Origin: Marispirochaeta sp.
Lineage (GTDB): Bacteria; Spirochaetota; Spirochaetia; JC444; Marispirochaetaceae
NCBI GenBank assembly: GCA_963676835.2
Contig: CAXXFF010000004.1
Span: 128,001 to 192,000, forward strand
Length of the DNA: 64,000 bases
Direction: 5' to 3'
Position 1 is the first letter of the stretch. Each line of letters opens with the position of its first letter. Positions 48,868 to 59,182 of this stretch are shown piece by piece. The notes under the pieces were generated by a model. It did no database searches and was not told the origin of the DNA. It saw nothing but the letters and a program-made list of their open reading frames with translations. The translations under genes and the position numbers were made by a program.

Positions 48868-49827
48868 TTACGATTTCTCTTCCGACGAGACGACCCTGTT
48901 GCGGCCAGCCTGTTTTGCAAGATACAGAGACTCGTCAGCCTGTTTTATCAGCTGGGCCTGATCCTGATCGGTCAGATCCTGCACGCCGGCACTGATGGTG
49001 ACTTTGAGGTCGGGAAAGTTCCACTCATGCTCTTCCACCCGTGAGCGGATACGCTCCGCGATAACCATACCTCCGTCCAGGGGCGTATTGGGCAGTACCA
49101 GCAGAAACTCTTCACCGCCGTAACGGCCCGCAATGTCTCCCTCACGGATATTGGAGCGGATAATATCCGTTACCACCCGGAGGACATCATCGCCGAAGGG
49201 GTGTCCATGGGTATCGTTTATATTCTTGAAGAAATCAATATCAAGCATCATCACCGTAAGAGGAGAACCGTAGCGACGGGCATTTGCCGCCTCCTGGTGA
49301 AGCCGTTCTATGGTGAAGGAGTGGTTATACAGTCCGGTCAGGCTGTCGGTAATAGCCAGCTGCTGGAGCTGCTGATTCTGCTTACCCACCTCATCCATAA
49401 AGTGAATTATCAGCTTCCGGTTATTTACCAGCTCAATATGATTACGTACCCGCACCAGCAGCTCTTCCGTGTTGAAGGGCTTGGAAATATAATCCGCGGC
49501 GCCAAGCTTGAATCCCTTTACAATATCTTCCGGCTGATTAAGGGCGGACAGAAAAATCACCGGAATATCTTTCATCTCCGGAGAATCTTTCATGCGGCGG
49601 CAGACTTCAAACCCGTCTATTCCGGGCATCATAATGTCCATCAGTACCAGATCCGGCTTAACCCGGGGAATCATTTCCAGCGCCTTCTCACCGCTTGAGG
49701 CGGGAGAAATCTTGAACCCCTCATCCTTGAGGATCTTGCCGAGAAACTGAATATTTGCAGGCACATCATCCACAATCATGATTGCCATTTCGCTTATTTC
49801 AAAGGGTGATGTCAGAAAATCGGTCAC
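48868..49827 (-). CDS. Response-regulator diguanylate cyclase (REC-GGDEF)
   Basis: IVDD, LMDIMMPG, DSLTGLYN, REGD I-site, RYGGEEF. Confidence 0.93.
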   Translation of the reverse strand: MTDFLTSPFEISEMAIMIVDDVPANIQFLGKILKDEGFKISPASSGEKALEMIPRVKPDLVLMDIMMPGIDGFEVCRRMKDSPEMKDIPVIFLSALNQPEDIVKGFKLGAADYISKPFNTEELLVRVRNHIELVNNRKLIIHFMDEVGKQNQQLQQLAITDSLTGLYNHSFTIERLHQEAANARRYGSPLTVMMLDIDFFKNINDTHGHPFGDDVLRVVTDIIRSNIREGDIAGRYGGEEFLLVLPNTPLDGGMVIAERIRSRVEEHEWNFPDLKVTISAGVQDLTDQDQAQLIKQADESLYLAKQAGRNRVVSSEEKS

Positions 49828-52800
49828 CTACTCCTCCGGTGGAAATTCAATAATCCCTAACAGAACCGGCAGACGCTTCATTAAAAGCTCCATGCTTTCA
49901 ACATCCACAGTCTCAGCGGCAGACTTCATCTGGTCGCTCCAGCTCTGCAGCCCGCGGGCATTATATTCTTCAGCAATTGCCCTGACCCGTTCGGCAAAAA
50001 GCTCCAGATCTTCGGTATAGTAGGAACTTTTCAACTCCTGCCATTCCAGCATCAGCTGCTTTGCCTCTGCTTCAGGTACAATGATTGTACCCGAATCCGC
50101 GGTGTTATTAAAAGAGGAGCTTGATGTTTCATCCCGGATCTCCACCAGGGGCAGATATCTGACAAGCACTTCATGAACCTGCTTAAGGCTCACCGGTTTC
50201 AGCAGCACCTCATCCACCCCGGCTTCTGTTATCCTGTCCCGGATGTTCCCCATGCTCGAAGCGGTAATCCCCGCAACCGGCACAGTGGGAAACTGACGCT
50301 TGAACTCTGCAAGAACCGCGTATTCATCTCCAGTGGTTGATGATGCACTGAGATAGATAATAAGAAGATCCGGAACATCCCGCTCAGAAGCTTCCAGCAG
50401 ATTATCCAGTTCTGTGGCAACAATATGCAGATTCCGGCCGGCATAGGAAACATACTTCCGCATGAGCTGAAGATTTATCTCGCTATTGTCGGCTATGGCA
50501 ACCACTGCAGGCTCAAAAACAGCTAGCTCCGCAGCCTCAGGATCTTCGGCATATTCACTTATACTTGAGACTGCAACATCCGGCAGGGTAAGAATAAAAC
50601 GGCTTCCCCGACCCTCTTCACTCTCCAGACGAATATCACCACCCATAATCCGGGCCAGCCGCCGGCTGATGGTGAGTCCGAGGCCTGTGCCGCCGGAATG
50701 GGGAGCCTTACGCTCCCGCACCTGATGAAAGGCTTCAAATACTTCGTCCTGCTGTTCCCGGGGAATCCCCTTTCCGGTATCCGATATTTCGATATAGAGA
50801 GCTGCAGTGTTAGAGACTGGTCCGGCAATGGCTATATGCAGGGTTACCGAGCCGGATTCGGTGAACTTGACAGCATTGCCCACAAGATTGAAAAAAATCT
50901 GCCTGAGACGGACTCCGTCAAGCAGAAGCCCCCGGGGAACATCCGGATCAACCCGGAAATCGATCTCAAGCCCTTTACGGTCACAATCAACGGAAAACAG
51001 ATCCACAATCTCCCTGCCTACATCGCGAATATCCAGGGGGGATTGGACAAGATCAAGACGTCCGGCTTCGATTTTGGAGAGATCCAGTATATCGTTGATA
51101 ATGCTCAGCAGGGTTTTACCGCTTTTCCGGATGATGGAAATATGTGACTTCAGTTCCGGAGCAGTAATTTCCCGCTGAAGGACCTCGGCAAAACCGAGGA
51201 TGGCATTCATGGGAGTACGTATTTCGTGACTCATATTGGCAATAAAAAGACTTTTTGCCTGGTTCGCCTCTTCCGCGGTCTGTTTTGCCTCGGTAAGCCG
51301 CTGCTCCGTCTGTTTCTGGTGTGAAATGTCCCGGATAATCAGCTGCACAATCCCGGCCCGGGGGTCCAGCAGTGAGGCTGAGATATCAGCATCAACCTCC
51401 CGGGAACTCTGCGCCTCAAGGACAGCTTCCCGGCGCACGTGGGTTCCCCGGCGCAGGTAGCCGACCAGCTCATCATGATCATGCTCATCTTTGTAAACTC
51501 TGCGTATGTTTTTCGTTTCAAGTTCTGCCTTATCACAATCCAGCAGGGCTGCAGCGCTGTTGTTCACCTCGAGAATATCGCCCACTATGTCATGAATGAT
51601 AATTGCGTCGTTGGAGTTCTGGAACAGAGCCCGGTATTTACGTTCACTGTTTTCCAGTCGAAGGCTGCGTTCCCTTTCGGTGGTCACATCTTCATAGAGT
51701 CCCAGTACCGCGGTGGGTTTTCCCTGTGCATCCGGGATGGGGATTTTACTGAAACGGATATAGCGTAGAAGTCCGTTTTTGTCCGGTACCGGTTCAAGAA
51801 TATTCAGCCGTGCAGTTCCACGACTGAATACACCGTCAGATTCCTTCAACGAGAGTGCTCCGGCGAAGGTGGAATGCAGCTGCTCCTCAGATTTTCCGAC
51901 AATAGCTTCCGGAGAAGAGAAACCTGCATCTATGGCAAAACGGCTGTTGCAGCCGAGAAAAACTCCGGAGGCGTCCATCCAGAAAACACTCATGGGAATA
52001 TTGTCCATTACGAGGGAGAGCATCTGCCTGGAGTTGCGCAGCTCACTGGTCCGAAGCCGCACTTCCTTCTCGATATCTTCCGCCCGGGAAACCGAAACAA
52101 GAACGGTGGAAAAAAAGACAAGCACCACAATCAGGGCAAATCCCATTACAATCTCGGGAAAATATCCCATGGGCTCTTCAAACGCTCCGGGAGCTTTGCT
52201 TATTCGACACTGCAGAGTTGAGCCGGGAAAGTAGGTCAGTCGAGTGTAAATACCGTCAACAAATTTCTCATTGAAGAGTTGATACGGCTCCTGAGAAGTG
52301 TAGGTGTCGTTAAAGGAGAATTCCAGATTATATGCATCCCGTTCCAGAAGCCCGCCGATAAAATTAAACAGTATTACCGGCGAGAATACCAGGCCGACCC
52401 CTCCGCCATTGGAAGTTGCCCGAAAAAGGCCGATAATATCCGAACTGTCAAAGCGCAGCGATTCAGAATCCGGTGCAGCCACAAAGATGTCTCCTGTATC
52501 CAGGCTTTTAACATGTTCTCTTTGACCAGCTACAAAGGTTTCAGCATTTGCCTGGAGGTAGACAAACTCATTATTCCCGTAATACTGCATGGTATCGCCG
52601 TTCCAGCGGCACAGAAGTACCAGATCCCGGTAATTCCGGGTAAGAGATTCGGCAAGTTTTGTAAATGCATCTTCTGAAATATTCGGGTCTGCCTTGATTT
52701 TTTTTACCACTTCCAGATTATCAGCATATTGACCGAGCAGGCGGTAGCGCATTTCCAGAACCTTCCCGGCCAGGATAGCCTGACGCCGCATGGCATCATA

Positions 52801-53808
52801 TTCCTGTATTCTGCGGGATTCTGCCTCATAGGAGGACATTACCTCAAAAGAGGCAATGGATCCCACCATTCCCAGCAGGGTGATAAGGAAAACCATATAA
52901 TAGCGGCTGCTTAAGTTTTTTCGCCCCGACTGCTCACGGATTGTAATCCCCGCAAGGGAAAATCCGTAACAGATAATAGCCGTTATCACCAGAATAATTG
53001 CCAGGGGGACCAGATTACGCTGCAGAGTTCCCCGGTTAAAGATATCGGCTCCCTGGTGTATTACTCCAACATAGATAAGTATGGAGGCTACAAAAAAGAG
53101 AAACCCCAGCCGTCGGGGAGGAAATACCGGGGAGATAAGCAGGAGAAAGCCCAAAAGAATGTATATCATCCATGACTGGTTGATATAGTTAAGCAGTACA
53201 CCAAATACAACAAGGAGCAGAGCGGCACCGATATAGGAAGGGGACAGGCTTTTCAGATTGTAGCTGCCCCGTTCCTTGAGGGCAATAAGCCAGGGAGCAA
53301 TGATAATGACAGGGCTGAAATAGCTTAAGAAAATGTGCAGCATATCCATCAGCGTAAGGGATAAAGGGATGGCACTGTATAGAGACTGAACTCCGGTTCC
53401 TGCGGTCATTAGAAAAAACGATGCGGCCCCGGCCGCTGCAACAAGTCCGGGAAGATCAGAGCAGCGTTCCAGGCAGCCCTTTTTCCGGCTGCGGTAATGC
53501 AGCATACTGCTGAAAACCCAGGAAGAAAAGGCCGAAGTAAGCCCCAGCTGCAGGGAAGAAATAATCAGAATATCCAGGGACAGGGGCTGTATGGCAGGCA
53601 GAAGCACCAGCATACCCGCAGAGATACCGACGAAGACACCGGCAAGGGCAGACAAACCGAACAGATAGACCGCGGCTACAGCAAAGGCGCTGAAAAACTG
53701 GAAAGGCGAAAGAAGATAGTTGCCTGGAATAATCAGACGGGCCGCCAGGATCTGCACAAAAATCAGGAAAGCTGTTAATGCCGCAATCCTTACCCCGTCC
53801 TTATTCAT
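49828..53808 (-). CDS. Multi-TM (MASE1-like) PAS-PAS hybrid histidine kinase
   Basis: ANMSHEIRTPMN, NLVGNAVKFT, DTGKG, GTGLGL; C-terminal atypical receiver. Confidence 0.9.
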   Translation of the reverse strand: MNKDGVRIAALTAFLIFVQILAARLIIPGNYLLSPFQFFSAFAVAAVYLFGLSALAGVFVGISAGMLVLLPAIQPLSLDILIISSLQLGLTSAFSSWVFSSMLHYRSRKKGCLERCSDLPGLVAAAGAASFFLMTAGTGVQSLYSAIPLSLTLMDMLHIFLSYFSPVIIIAPWLIALKERGSYNLKSLSPSYIGAALLLVVFGVLLNYINQSWMIYILLGFLLLISPVFPPRRLGFLFFVASILIYVGVIHQGADIFNRGTLQRNLVPLAIILVITAIICYGFSLAGITIREQSGRKNLSSRYYMVFLITLLGMVGSIASFEVMSSYEAESRRIQEYDAMRRQAILAGKVLEMRYRLLGQYADNLEVVKKIKADPNISEDAFTKLAESLTRNYRDLVLLCRWNGDTMQYYGNNEFVYLQANAETFVAGQREHVKSLDTGDIFVAAPDSESLRFDSSDIIGLFRATSNGGGVGLVFSPVILFNFIGGLLERDAYNLEFSFNDTYTSQEPYQLFNEKFVDGIYTRLTYFPGSTLQCRISKAPGAFEEPMGYFPEIVMGFALIVVLVFFSTVLVSVSRAEDIEKEVRLRTSELRNSRQMLSLVMDNIPMSVFWMDASGVFLGCNSRFAIDAGFSSPEAIVGKSEEQLHSTFAGALSLKESDGVFSRGTARLNILEPVPDKNGLLRYIRFSKIPIPDAQGKPTAVLGLYEDVTTERERSLRLENSERKYRALFQNSNDAIIIHDIVGDILEVNNSAAALLDCDKAELETKNIRRVYKDEHDHDELVGYLRRGTHVRREAVLEAQSSREVDADISASLLDPRAGIVQLIIRDISHQKQTEQRLTEAKQTAEEANQAKSLFIANMSHEIRTPMNAILGFAEVLQREITAPELKSHISIIRKSGKTLLSIINDILDLSKIEAGRLDLVQSPLDIRDVGREIVDLFSVDCDRKGLEIDFRVDPDVPRGLLLDGVRLRQIFFNLVGNAVKFTESGSVTLHIAIAGPVSNTAALYIEISDTGKGIPREQQDEVFEAFHQVRERKAPHSGGTGLGLTISRRLARIMGGDIRLESEEGRGSRFILTLPDVAVSSISEYAEDPEAAELAVFEPAVVAIADNSEINLQLMRKYVSYAGRNLHIVATELDNLLEASERDVPDLLIIYLSASSTTGDEYAVLAEFKRQFPTVPVAGITASSMGNIRDRITEAGVDEVLLKPVSLKQVHEVLVRYLPLVEIRDETSSSSFNNTADSGTIIVPEAEAKQLMLEWQELKSSYYTEDLELFAERVRAIAEEYNARGLQSWSDQMKSAAETVDVESMELLMKRLPVLLGIIEFPPEE

Positions 53809-53831
53809 TCAGGTATTCCTTTGCCCCGGCT

Positions 53832-54491
53832 TCATGCTGACAGCAGAAAATCCGAAAACTCGGTAACTGCGGTAAAATAGTGTTTACATCTCCGGCGCAT
53901 TTCCGCCTCAATAGTACTGACCCGGTGCCCCCAGCCTGCACCCAGGGCGTCTATTCCGGCGTCCCGGGCCATATCGATACCGGGAGAAAGATCATCCAGC
54001 ACAGCTGCTTCTCCGGGAGCAACCCCGATTTGCCTGAGAGCCTCAAGAGCAGGCCAGGGATGAGGCTTTCTTTTCAGCGGGTCCGCGTGCCAGCCGAAAA
54101 CCATGTCCGGTTCAAATCCATCGGCTCCATGGGCATAATCCCTCCGGATAAGGTCTTCTTCCGAATGGGAAACCACAACGACCTTACCGCCGGCCTTTTT
54201 GAAGGCATGCAAAGTCTCCACCATTCCGGGAAAAAAAGAGGGGATACGGGTGCTGGTAAAACTTCTCCAGATTTCCATTTCCTCCTGCATTTCCACAGGG
54301 CTGAAATTCAGTTCTCCCGTATAATATGCGAATACACCGGGATCGAAATTCTTCTCAAACCAGCCCTCAAGAGTTTCCGGAGTATGTTCCGGCCGCATAC
54401 GTTTAAGAATCTCAAGATGTGCGGGATAATGGATAATGCGGGTACTGTCGACACAGGTGTCATCATGGTCAATCAGCAGACAGCGGTACAT
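53832..54491 (-). CDS. HAD-family phosphatase
   Basis: DHDDT, VSHS, KPHP, DDLSPG. Confidence 0.85.
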   Translation of the reverse strand: MYRCLLIDHDDTCVDSTRIIHYPAHLEILKRMRPEHTPETLEGWFEKNFDPGVFAYYTGELNFSPVEMQEEMEIWRSFTSTRIPSFFPGMVETLHAFKKAGGKVVVVSHSEEDLIRRDYAHGADGFEPDMVFGWHADPLKRKPHPWPALEALRQIGVAPGEAAVLDDLSPGIDMARDAGIDALGAGWGHRVSTIEAEMRRRCKHYFTAVTEFSDFLLSA

Positions 54492-54559
54492 AAAAAACCT
54501 CTCGGGCTGTTATTATCTTTCTTGTCCACATCGGTTTTTCCTGGTACATTTAGCAGACG

Positions 54560-54949
54560 ATGCTTGAACGAAGTAAATTTACACCGGATCAGCTTCTTTT
54601 CGCAATAGAAAACAGAGAGTTCGAAGAAGGGCTGCTTGCTTCTGCACCCATGGTGGTCTGTGTAATGACCCAGAGCTGGTGCCCCCAGTGGATATTCATG
54701 CGCAGCTGGCTGAAAAAACTGGCAAAACATCCTGACGAATCCGAGGGGCTCAGAATTCAGACCTTTGAGACCGAGTATGATAAAAGCCCGGTTTTTTCCG
54801 ATTTCCGCGAATTCAAGGAGCAGATCTGGAACAACTGGGAAGTTCCCTACCTGCGCTATTACGTAAATGGACAGCTGGCAGCAGAGTCGAACTTTGTTTC
54901 TTCCATGATGTTTCTGGACAATCTGCGTCAGGCTGAAAAAAAGCTCTAA
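54560..54949 (+). CDS. Thioredoxin-like protein (WCPQW)
   Basis: TQSWCPQW; cis-Pro-like EVPYLRYYVNG. Confidence 0.65.
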   Translation: MLERSKFTPDQLLFAIENREFEEGLLASAPMVVCVMTQSWCPQWIFMRSWLKKLAKHPDESEGLRIQTFETEYDKSPVFSDFREFKEQIWNNWEVPYLRYYVNGQLAAESNFVSSMMFLDNLRQAEKKL

Positions 54950-54992
54950 GTTTATTTGATCTAAACCTGCCCCGGCTCTATACTTAGTCTCA

Positions 54993-56507
54993 ATGAAAGA
55001 AAACGCTCCCCGCTTCCCGGAGGCCCTGCAGCGTGCCCTGTTAAGCAACAGCACTGAAGGTATACTGATTTTTCATGCTCCCTCCGGAACGCCGACAGCA
55101 GACACTCTTATGCTCACACATATTAACCCTGCAGGGGAACGTCTTCTAGGCTGCGACAGCGAAACCGCAGAAGAAAAAACCCTTGGAGAGCTTTTCCCGG
55201 AGCACTCTCTCCGCTGGAGAAACCGGCTGAAGAGAAGCTTTACAGAGGGCGTCAATGAAACATTATTCTATCAGCCGGATATCAGCCGGGAAAGGTATAC
55301 AATTACCGCTTCTGCTGTCGACAGCGAATATCTTCTCCTGATCTTCCATAAAGACAGTCACAGCAGCATTAAAGATGCTTCAACAGAAAAATCATTTCCT
55401 ACCCATCTTCTCATGGCCAACATCAGCCACGAACTGCGCACTCCATTAAACGGTATTATAGGAATGGCAAGCCTCTTAGAAGAGAGTATTGAGGATGAAG
55501 AGCAGCGGGAACTTTTGAGCATGATAGGCTTCTCTGCCAACAATCTCAGCCGTATTATCCGTGACCTGCTGGAACTGAACCGCATTGAATCGGGACAGAT
55601 CTCATTAACAAACACCCTTTTCTCCCTGCAGGAGACAGCAGACAGGATACTCCGGGAAGTAGACGGAATTGTACGAAAAAAGAACCTGAAAATTACCCTG
55701 GAAACCGACTATAATCTGCCGGAATACTATGGAGACAGAAATAAGATTGCCCAGATCCTGGGGAATCTTGTAAACAACGCAGTACAGTTTACCGACGAAG
55801 GATGGATATCTGTATCTATCACCCGGCAGGCAAAACAGCTTTTAATACAGGTTCAGGATACCGGAATAGGCATTCCGGAAGATGAGCTTGAGGTTATTTT
55901 CAAGAACTTCCGGGTTGGGGAAGATCCCTACACAAAGGAATACAGCGGGCTTGGAATCGGACTGTCCATAGTAAGCCACCTTGTACACCGAATGTCAGGG
56001 ACCATACGTGTAGACAGCAGTGAGGGTAAAGGTTCGCTCTTTACCATTTCCCTGCCCTGGACAAACACCGGAGAAAGACAAAATGGGGAAAAAAAGCCGG
56101 GAAGGTCATCAGCAGATGAACGGCTGAAAATTCTTATTGCCGAAGATGAGGCAATAAACCGCATTTATATTCGAACCCTTCTGGAACGTCAGGGTTATCT
56201 GGTTGAAGAGGCTAAAAACGGGGAAGAGGCATGTCTCATGGCCGCCGGCACAGACCCCTCTTTCGATCTTATTCTTATGGATATCTACATGCCTAAAAAA
56301 AACGGCGTGGACGCTATAGCTGAAATACGCGGGCAGCAAAACTCTCACACCGGCGCTCCGGCAATAATAGCAATGACCGCCACTTCCGATCAGGATGAGC
56401 GTAACAATGCCATGAATGCCGGTGCAGACGGCTTTATCTCAAAACCCTTGAGTGAAACAAACCTCATCCGCTGTATCAGCAAGATCATAAAAGACAAACA
56501 GAAATAA
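54993..56507 (+). CDS. Cytoplasmic PAS hybrid histidine kinase
   Basis: SHELRTPLN, NLVNNA, DTGIG, GLGIGL; REC AEDE...LMDIYMP...SKP. Confidence 0.9.
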   Translation: MKENAPRFPEALQRALLSNSTEGILIFHAPSGTPTADTLMLTHINPAGERLLGCDSETAEEKTLGELFPEHSLRWRNRLKRSFTEGVNETLFYQPDISRERYTITASAVDSEYLLLIFHKDSHSSIKDASTEKSFPTHLLMANISHELRTPLNGIIGMASLLEESIEDEEQRELLSMIGFSANNLSRIIRDLLELNRIESGQISLTNTLFSLQETADRILREVDGIVRKKNLKITLETDYNLPEYYGDRNKIAQILGNLVNNAVQFTDEGWISVSITRQAKQLLIQVQDTGIGIPEDELEVIFKNFRVGEDPYTKEYSGLGIGLSIVSHLVHRMSGTIRVDSSEGKGSLFTISLPWTNTGERQNGEKKPGRSSADERLKILIAEDEAINRIYIRTLLERQGYLVEEAKNGEEACLMAAGTDPSFDLILMDIYMPKKNGVDAIAEIRGQQNSHTGAPAIIAMTATSDQDERNNAMNAGADGFISKPLSETNLIRCISKIIKDKQK

Positions 56508-56540
56508 AAAGACCCTGCAGCTCCCACACTGCAGGGTCTT
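56506..56540. terminator. Intrinsic terminator (best on minus strand, hsp20)
   Basis: AAGACCCTGCAG...CTGCAGGGTCTT with flanking A-run. Confidence 0.75.
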
Positions 56541-56551
56541 CAAAATAGGCA

Positions 56552-56956
56552 TTAGCCCTTTTTAATCTCTATTGTCCGGGGCTGTACTTCCGGAAGTTTC
56601 GGTATGGTGACCGATAGCACGCCGTTGCTGAAGCGTGCTTCAACGCCTGTCACATCAGCATCCTTGGGTACCACAAAGCTTCTGCGGAAACTCCGATGCG
56701 CTCTTTCCCGTACAAGATACTTGCTGGTATCCTCCACCGCTTCCTTAGGCAGATTTGCCTGAAGAACCAGAACCCTGTCTTCGATTACTGCTTCAACCTC
56801 GGTATCACTGAAACCGGGAAGATCCGCCTCAAGACGATATGCATTATCATCCTCTACAATATCTACCGGTGGAAATACAGATTTTTCTCCCAACAGGGAA
56901 TCCCATACCTTATCAATGCTGTTTACCATGGGGCGTCTGTGTACGATATATGCCAT
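56552..56956 (-). CDS. Hsp20/alpha-crystallin small heat-shock protein
   Basis: PPVDIVE, ADLPG, RER...FRRSF, FSNGVLSVTIPK; AGGAGG RBS. Confidence 0.92.
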   Translation of the reverse strand: MAYIVHRRPMVNSIDKVWDSLLGEKSVFPPVDIVEDDNAYRLEADLPGFSDTEVEAVIEDRVLVLQANLPKEAVEDTSKYLVRERAHRSFRRSFVVPKDADVTGVEARFSNGVLSVTIPKLPEVQPRTIEIKKG

Positions 56957-57010
56957 AATGTATCCTCCTGCTGCGGATATTATATTTATTTTTCCGCTCA
57001 AACATATAAA

Positions 57011-57027
57011 AGCAGGATACGTGCCAA
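57011..57027 (-). promoter_or_regulatory. sigma54 -24/-12 promoter of hsp20
   Basis: TTGGCACGTATCCTGCT versus consensus TGGCACG-N4-TTGCW. Confidence 0.75.
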
Positions 57028-57235
57028 TTTTTGCAAGAAGTTGGAATTATTTACTAATTCTTTTCTATATAAATAATTAACCTTGATTCCACCGAATCAT
57101 CCGAATAGATGCTACAGCAATGCATGCTGGTATGGCTGTGGCAGATTGCTACAAGCCCGGGAGAAAGAAATATTAATCGGTCAAAATGACACATTCTGAC
57201 AATTTTGACCCACAAAAAATGGGTCGATTGAATAC

Positions 57236-58228
57236 TCAGCGGGGCAGATAGAAAAACAGTATGGTGCCTGCCAGGTAAATAACATACAGAGAAAGCAGAA
57301 TGATTCCTTTCCAGCGCTGCAGAGAGTAGCGGTGCCGGGCAAGGAGCAGCATGGTGGCAACCATAACTATCATTACGGGAAAGGCAAAAAAGATAACATC
57401 CGCGGCTACAGTAATTGGGTTTGCTGCTGCAGAGGCACCTACAATCCAGAGGATATTCAGAATATCCGCACCGATAATGTCTCCGAAAGCCAGATCACCA
57501 TGTCCTTTGCGGGCGGCGGTAATACATGTGGCAATCTCCGGAAGAGAGGTGCCGATGGCAATTATGGTCAGCCCGATGATAATTTCCGGCACACCGAAAA
57601 AGCGGGCAATGTTCAAAGAGGAATCCACCAGGAATTCACTGGCGAGGATTACACCGGCCACACCGATAAAAAAAAGCAGAATCATTTTTTTTAACGAGCC
57701 GGGTTTTACGTGCTCATCCACCTCGTCTTCCGCGGCAGGAACGGACTTACTGTTTTTCCTGCTGGCTCTAACCAGTACGGCAAGATAGATAATCAGAATC
57801 CCCACCAGAACAAGTCCTTCCCATCGGCTGATAACACCATTCAGAGCAAGCAGGAAGGCGATAACATCAATTCCAATGAGAAAAAAGCCGACATTCTTGA
57901 GAATCTTCGAATTAACCTTTATGGCAGCCGGCGCAACAAGAATACCCAGCGCAAGAGCAACTCCGTCGTCAACAATAACCGACCCGATGGCATTGCCCAG
58001 GGCAATTTCAGGAAAGCCTCTCAAAGCAGACATAAGAGATACGGTAAACTCCGGGGCAGTGGTGGCAAACCCGACCAGGACAATACCGATAATAACCTTG
58101 TCGATATTCGCCTTGACTGCAACACCTACGGCACCATCAACAAGAAAATCGGCACTTTTGGCAAGGATATAAAAACTTATAAAAAGCACAATAAAATTGA
58201 GCAGAATGTTATCAGCAGGAAGATGCAT
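57236..58228 (-). CDS. Ca2+/Na+ antiporter (CaCA, YrbG-like)
   Basis: Alpha repeats ATTAPE and GTSLPE; multi-TM. Confidence 0.9.
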   Translation of the reverse strand: MHLPADNILLNFIVLFISFYILAKSADFLVDGAVGVAVKANIDKVIIGIVLVGFATTAPEFTVSLMSALRGFPEIALGNAIGSVIVDDGVALALGILVAPAAIKVNSKILKNVGFFLIGIDVIAFLLALNGVISRWEGLVLVGILIIYLAVLVRASRKNSKSVPAAEDEVDEHVKPGSLKKMILLFFIGVAGVILASEFLVDSSLNIARFFGVPEIIIGLTIIAIGTSLPEIATCITAARKGHGDLAFGDIIGADILNILWIVGASAAANPITVAADVIFFAFPVMIVMVATMLLLARHRYSLQRWKGIILLSLYVIYLAGTILFFYLPR

Positions 58229-58367
58229 CCGTCCCTCCACAGAGATTTACATAGGTCTAAACTTAACCAACCGGCAGATCTTTAGCAAGTAAGGAAACAG
58301 ATCATTACTGACATAACCGGGGGAACTGCGTATAATGCAGCAACTTAATCCGTATCCCGGAGGATGC

Positions 58368-59111
58368 ATGGAAGGGTCTGTCCTGTCACTTGTACTGTTG
58401 CTTTTTGCGGGAATAGCCGCAGGTTTTCTTAATGTGCTGGCCGGTGGAGGATCCCTGCTGACTCTTCCCATATTGATCTTTCTCGGGCTCCCTCCGGTAA
58501 CTGCCAACGGAACAAACCGGGTAGCAATTCTCTGTCAGAATGTGGTGGCGGTCCACAAGTTCCGTAAAACCGGTTTTTTCATGCTGAAAGAAGGCATTAT
58601 CCTTGGACTGACCGCATCTGTCGGTGCAGCTGTGGGCAGTATGATAGCTGTTGAAACCTCCGGGGAGCTGTTCCGCCGGATCCTTTCGGTGGTAATGATT
58701 ATTGTGCTGGCCCTGATTCTTCTGGGGAACAAGACAAACCCGGGACAGGAGAAAGTGCAGAATATCCGCCTCCTGGTGCCTCTCTTTTTCCTGGTGGGAA
58801 TCTACGGCGGTTTTATTCAGGCCGGAGTAGGTTTCATTATTATTGCCATTGTCACCACTGTAGGCGGTGCAGGCCTTATCCAGACCAATGCACTGAAGGT
58901 TCTGGTAATAATGATCTACATGATTCCGTCTCTCATCGTCTTTCTTGTCCAGGGGCATGTAAACTGGACTGCCGGACTTGTCCTGGCAGCAGGAACCACA
59001 ACCGGCGCATGGCTCGGCGCCCGCTTCTCCGTGCTGAAAGGCGACAAATGGATTCGCTATATCCTTACCGCTGCGGTGGTATCCATGGCAGTTAAGCTCT
59101 TCTTTTTTTAA
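58368..59111 (+). CDS. TSUP/TauE sulfite exporter family protein
   Basis: AGGGSLLTLP, ANGTN, YGGFIQAGVG. Confidence 0.88.
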   Translation: MEGSVLSLVLLLFAGIAAGFLNVLAGGGSLLTLPILIFLGLPPVTANGTNRVAILCQNVVAVHKFRKTGFFMLKEGIILGLTASVGAAVGSMIAVETSGELFRRILSVVMIIVLALILLGNKTNPGQEKVQNIRLLVPLFFLVGIYGGFIQAGVGFIIIAIVTTVGGAGLIQTNALKVLVIMIYMIPSLIVFLVQGHVNWTAGLVLAAGTTTGAWLGARFSVLKGDKWIRYILTAAVVSMAVKLFFF

Positions 59112-59182
59112 GCCTTCAAAGGGGGGTGCCGGAGGCAGATTATTTTCTGGCATTCCCGGGAGGTCGGTGTCATAATTAAAGT

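Noticed and set aside
58386..59153. 255-aa minus-strand ORF
   Set aside because: Antisense to the TSUP gene
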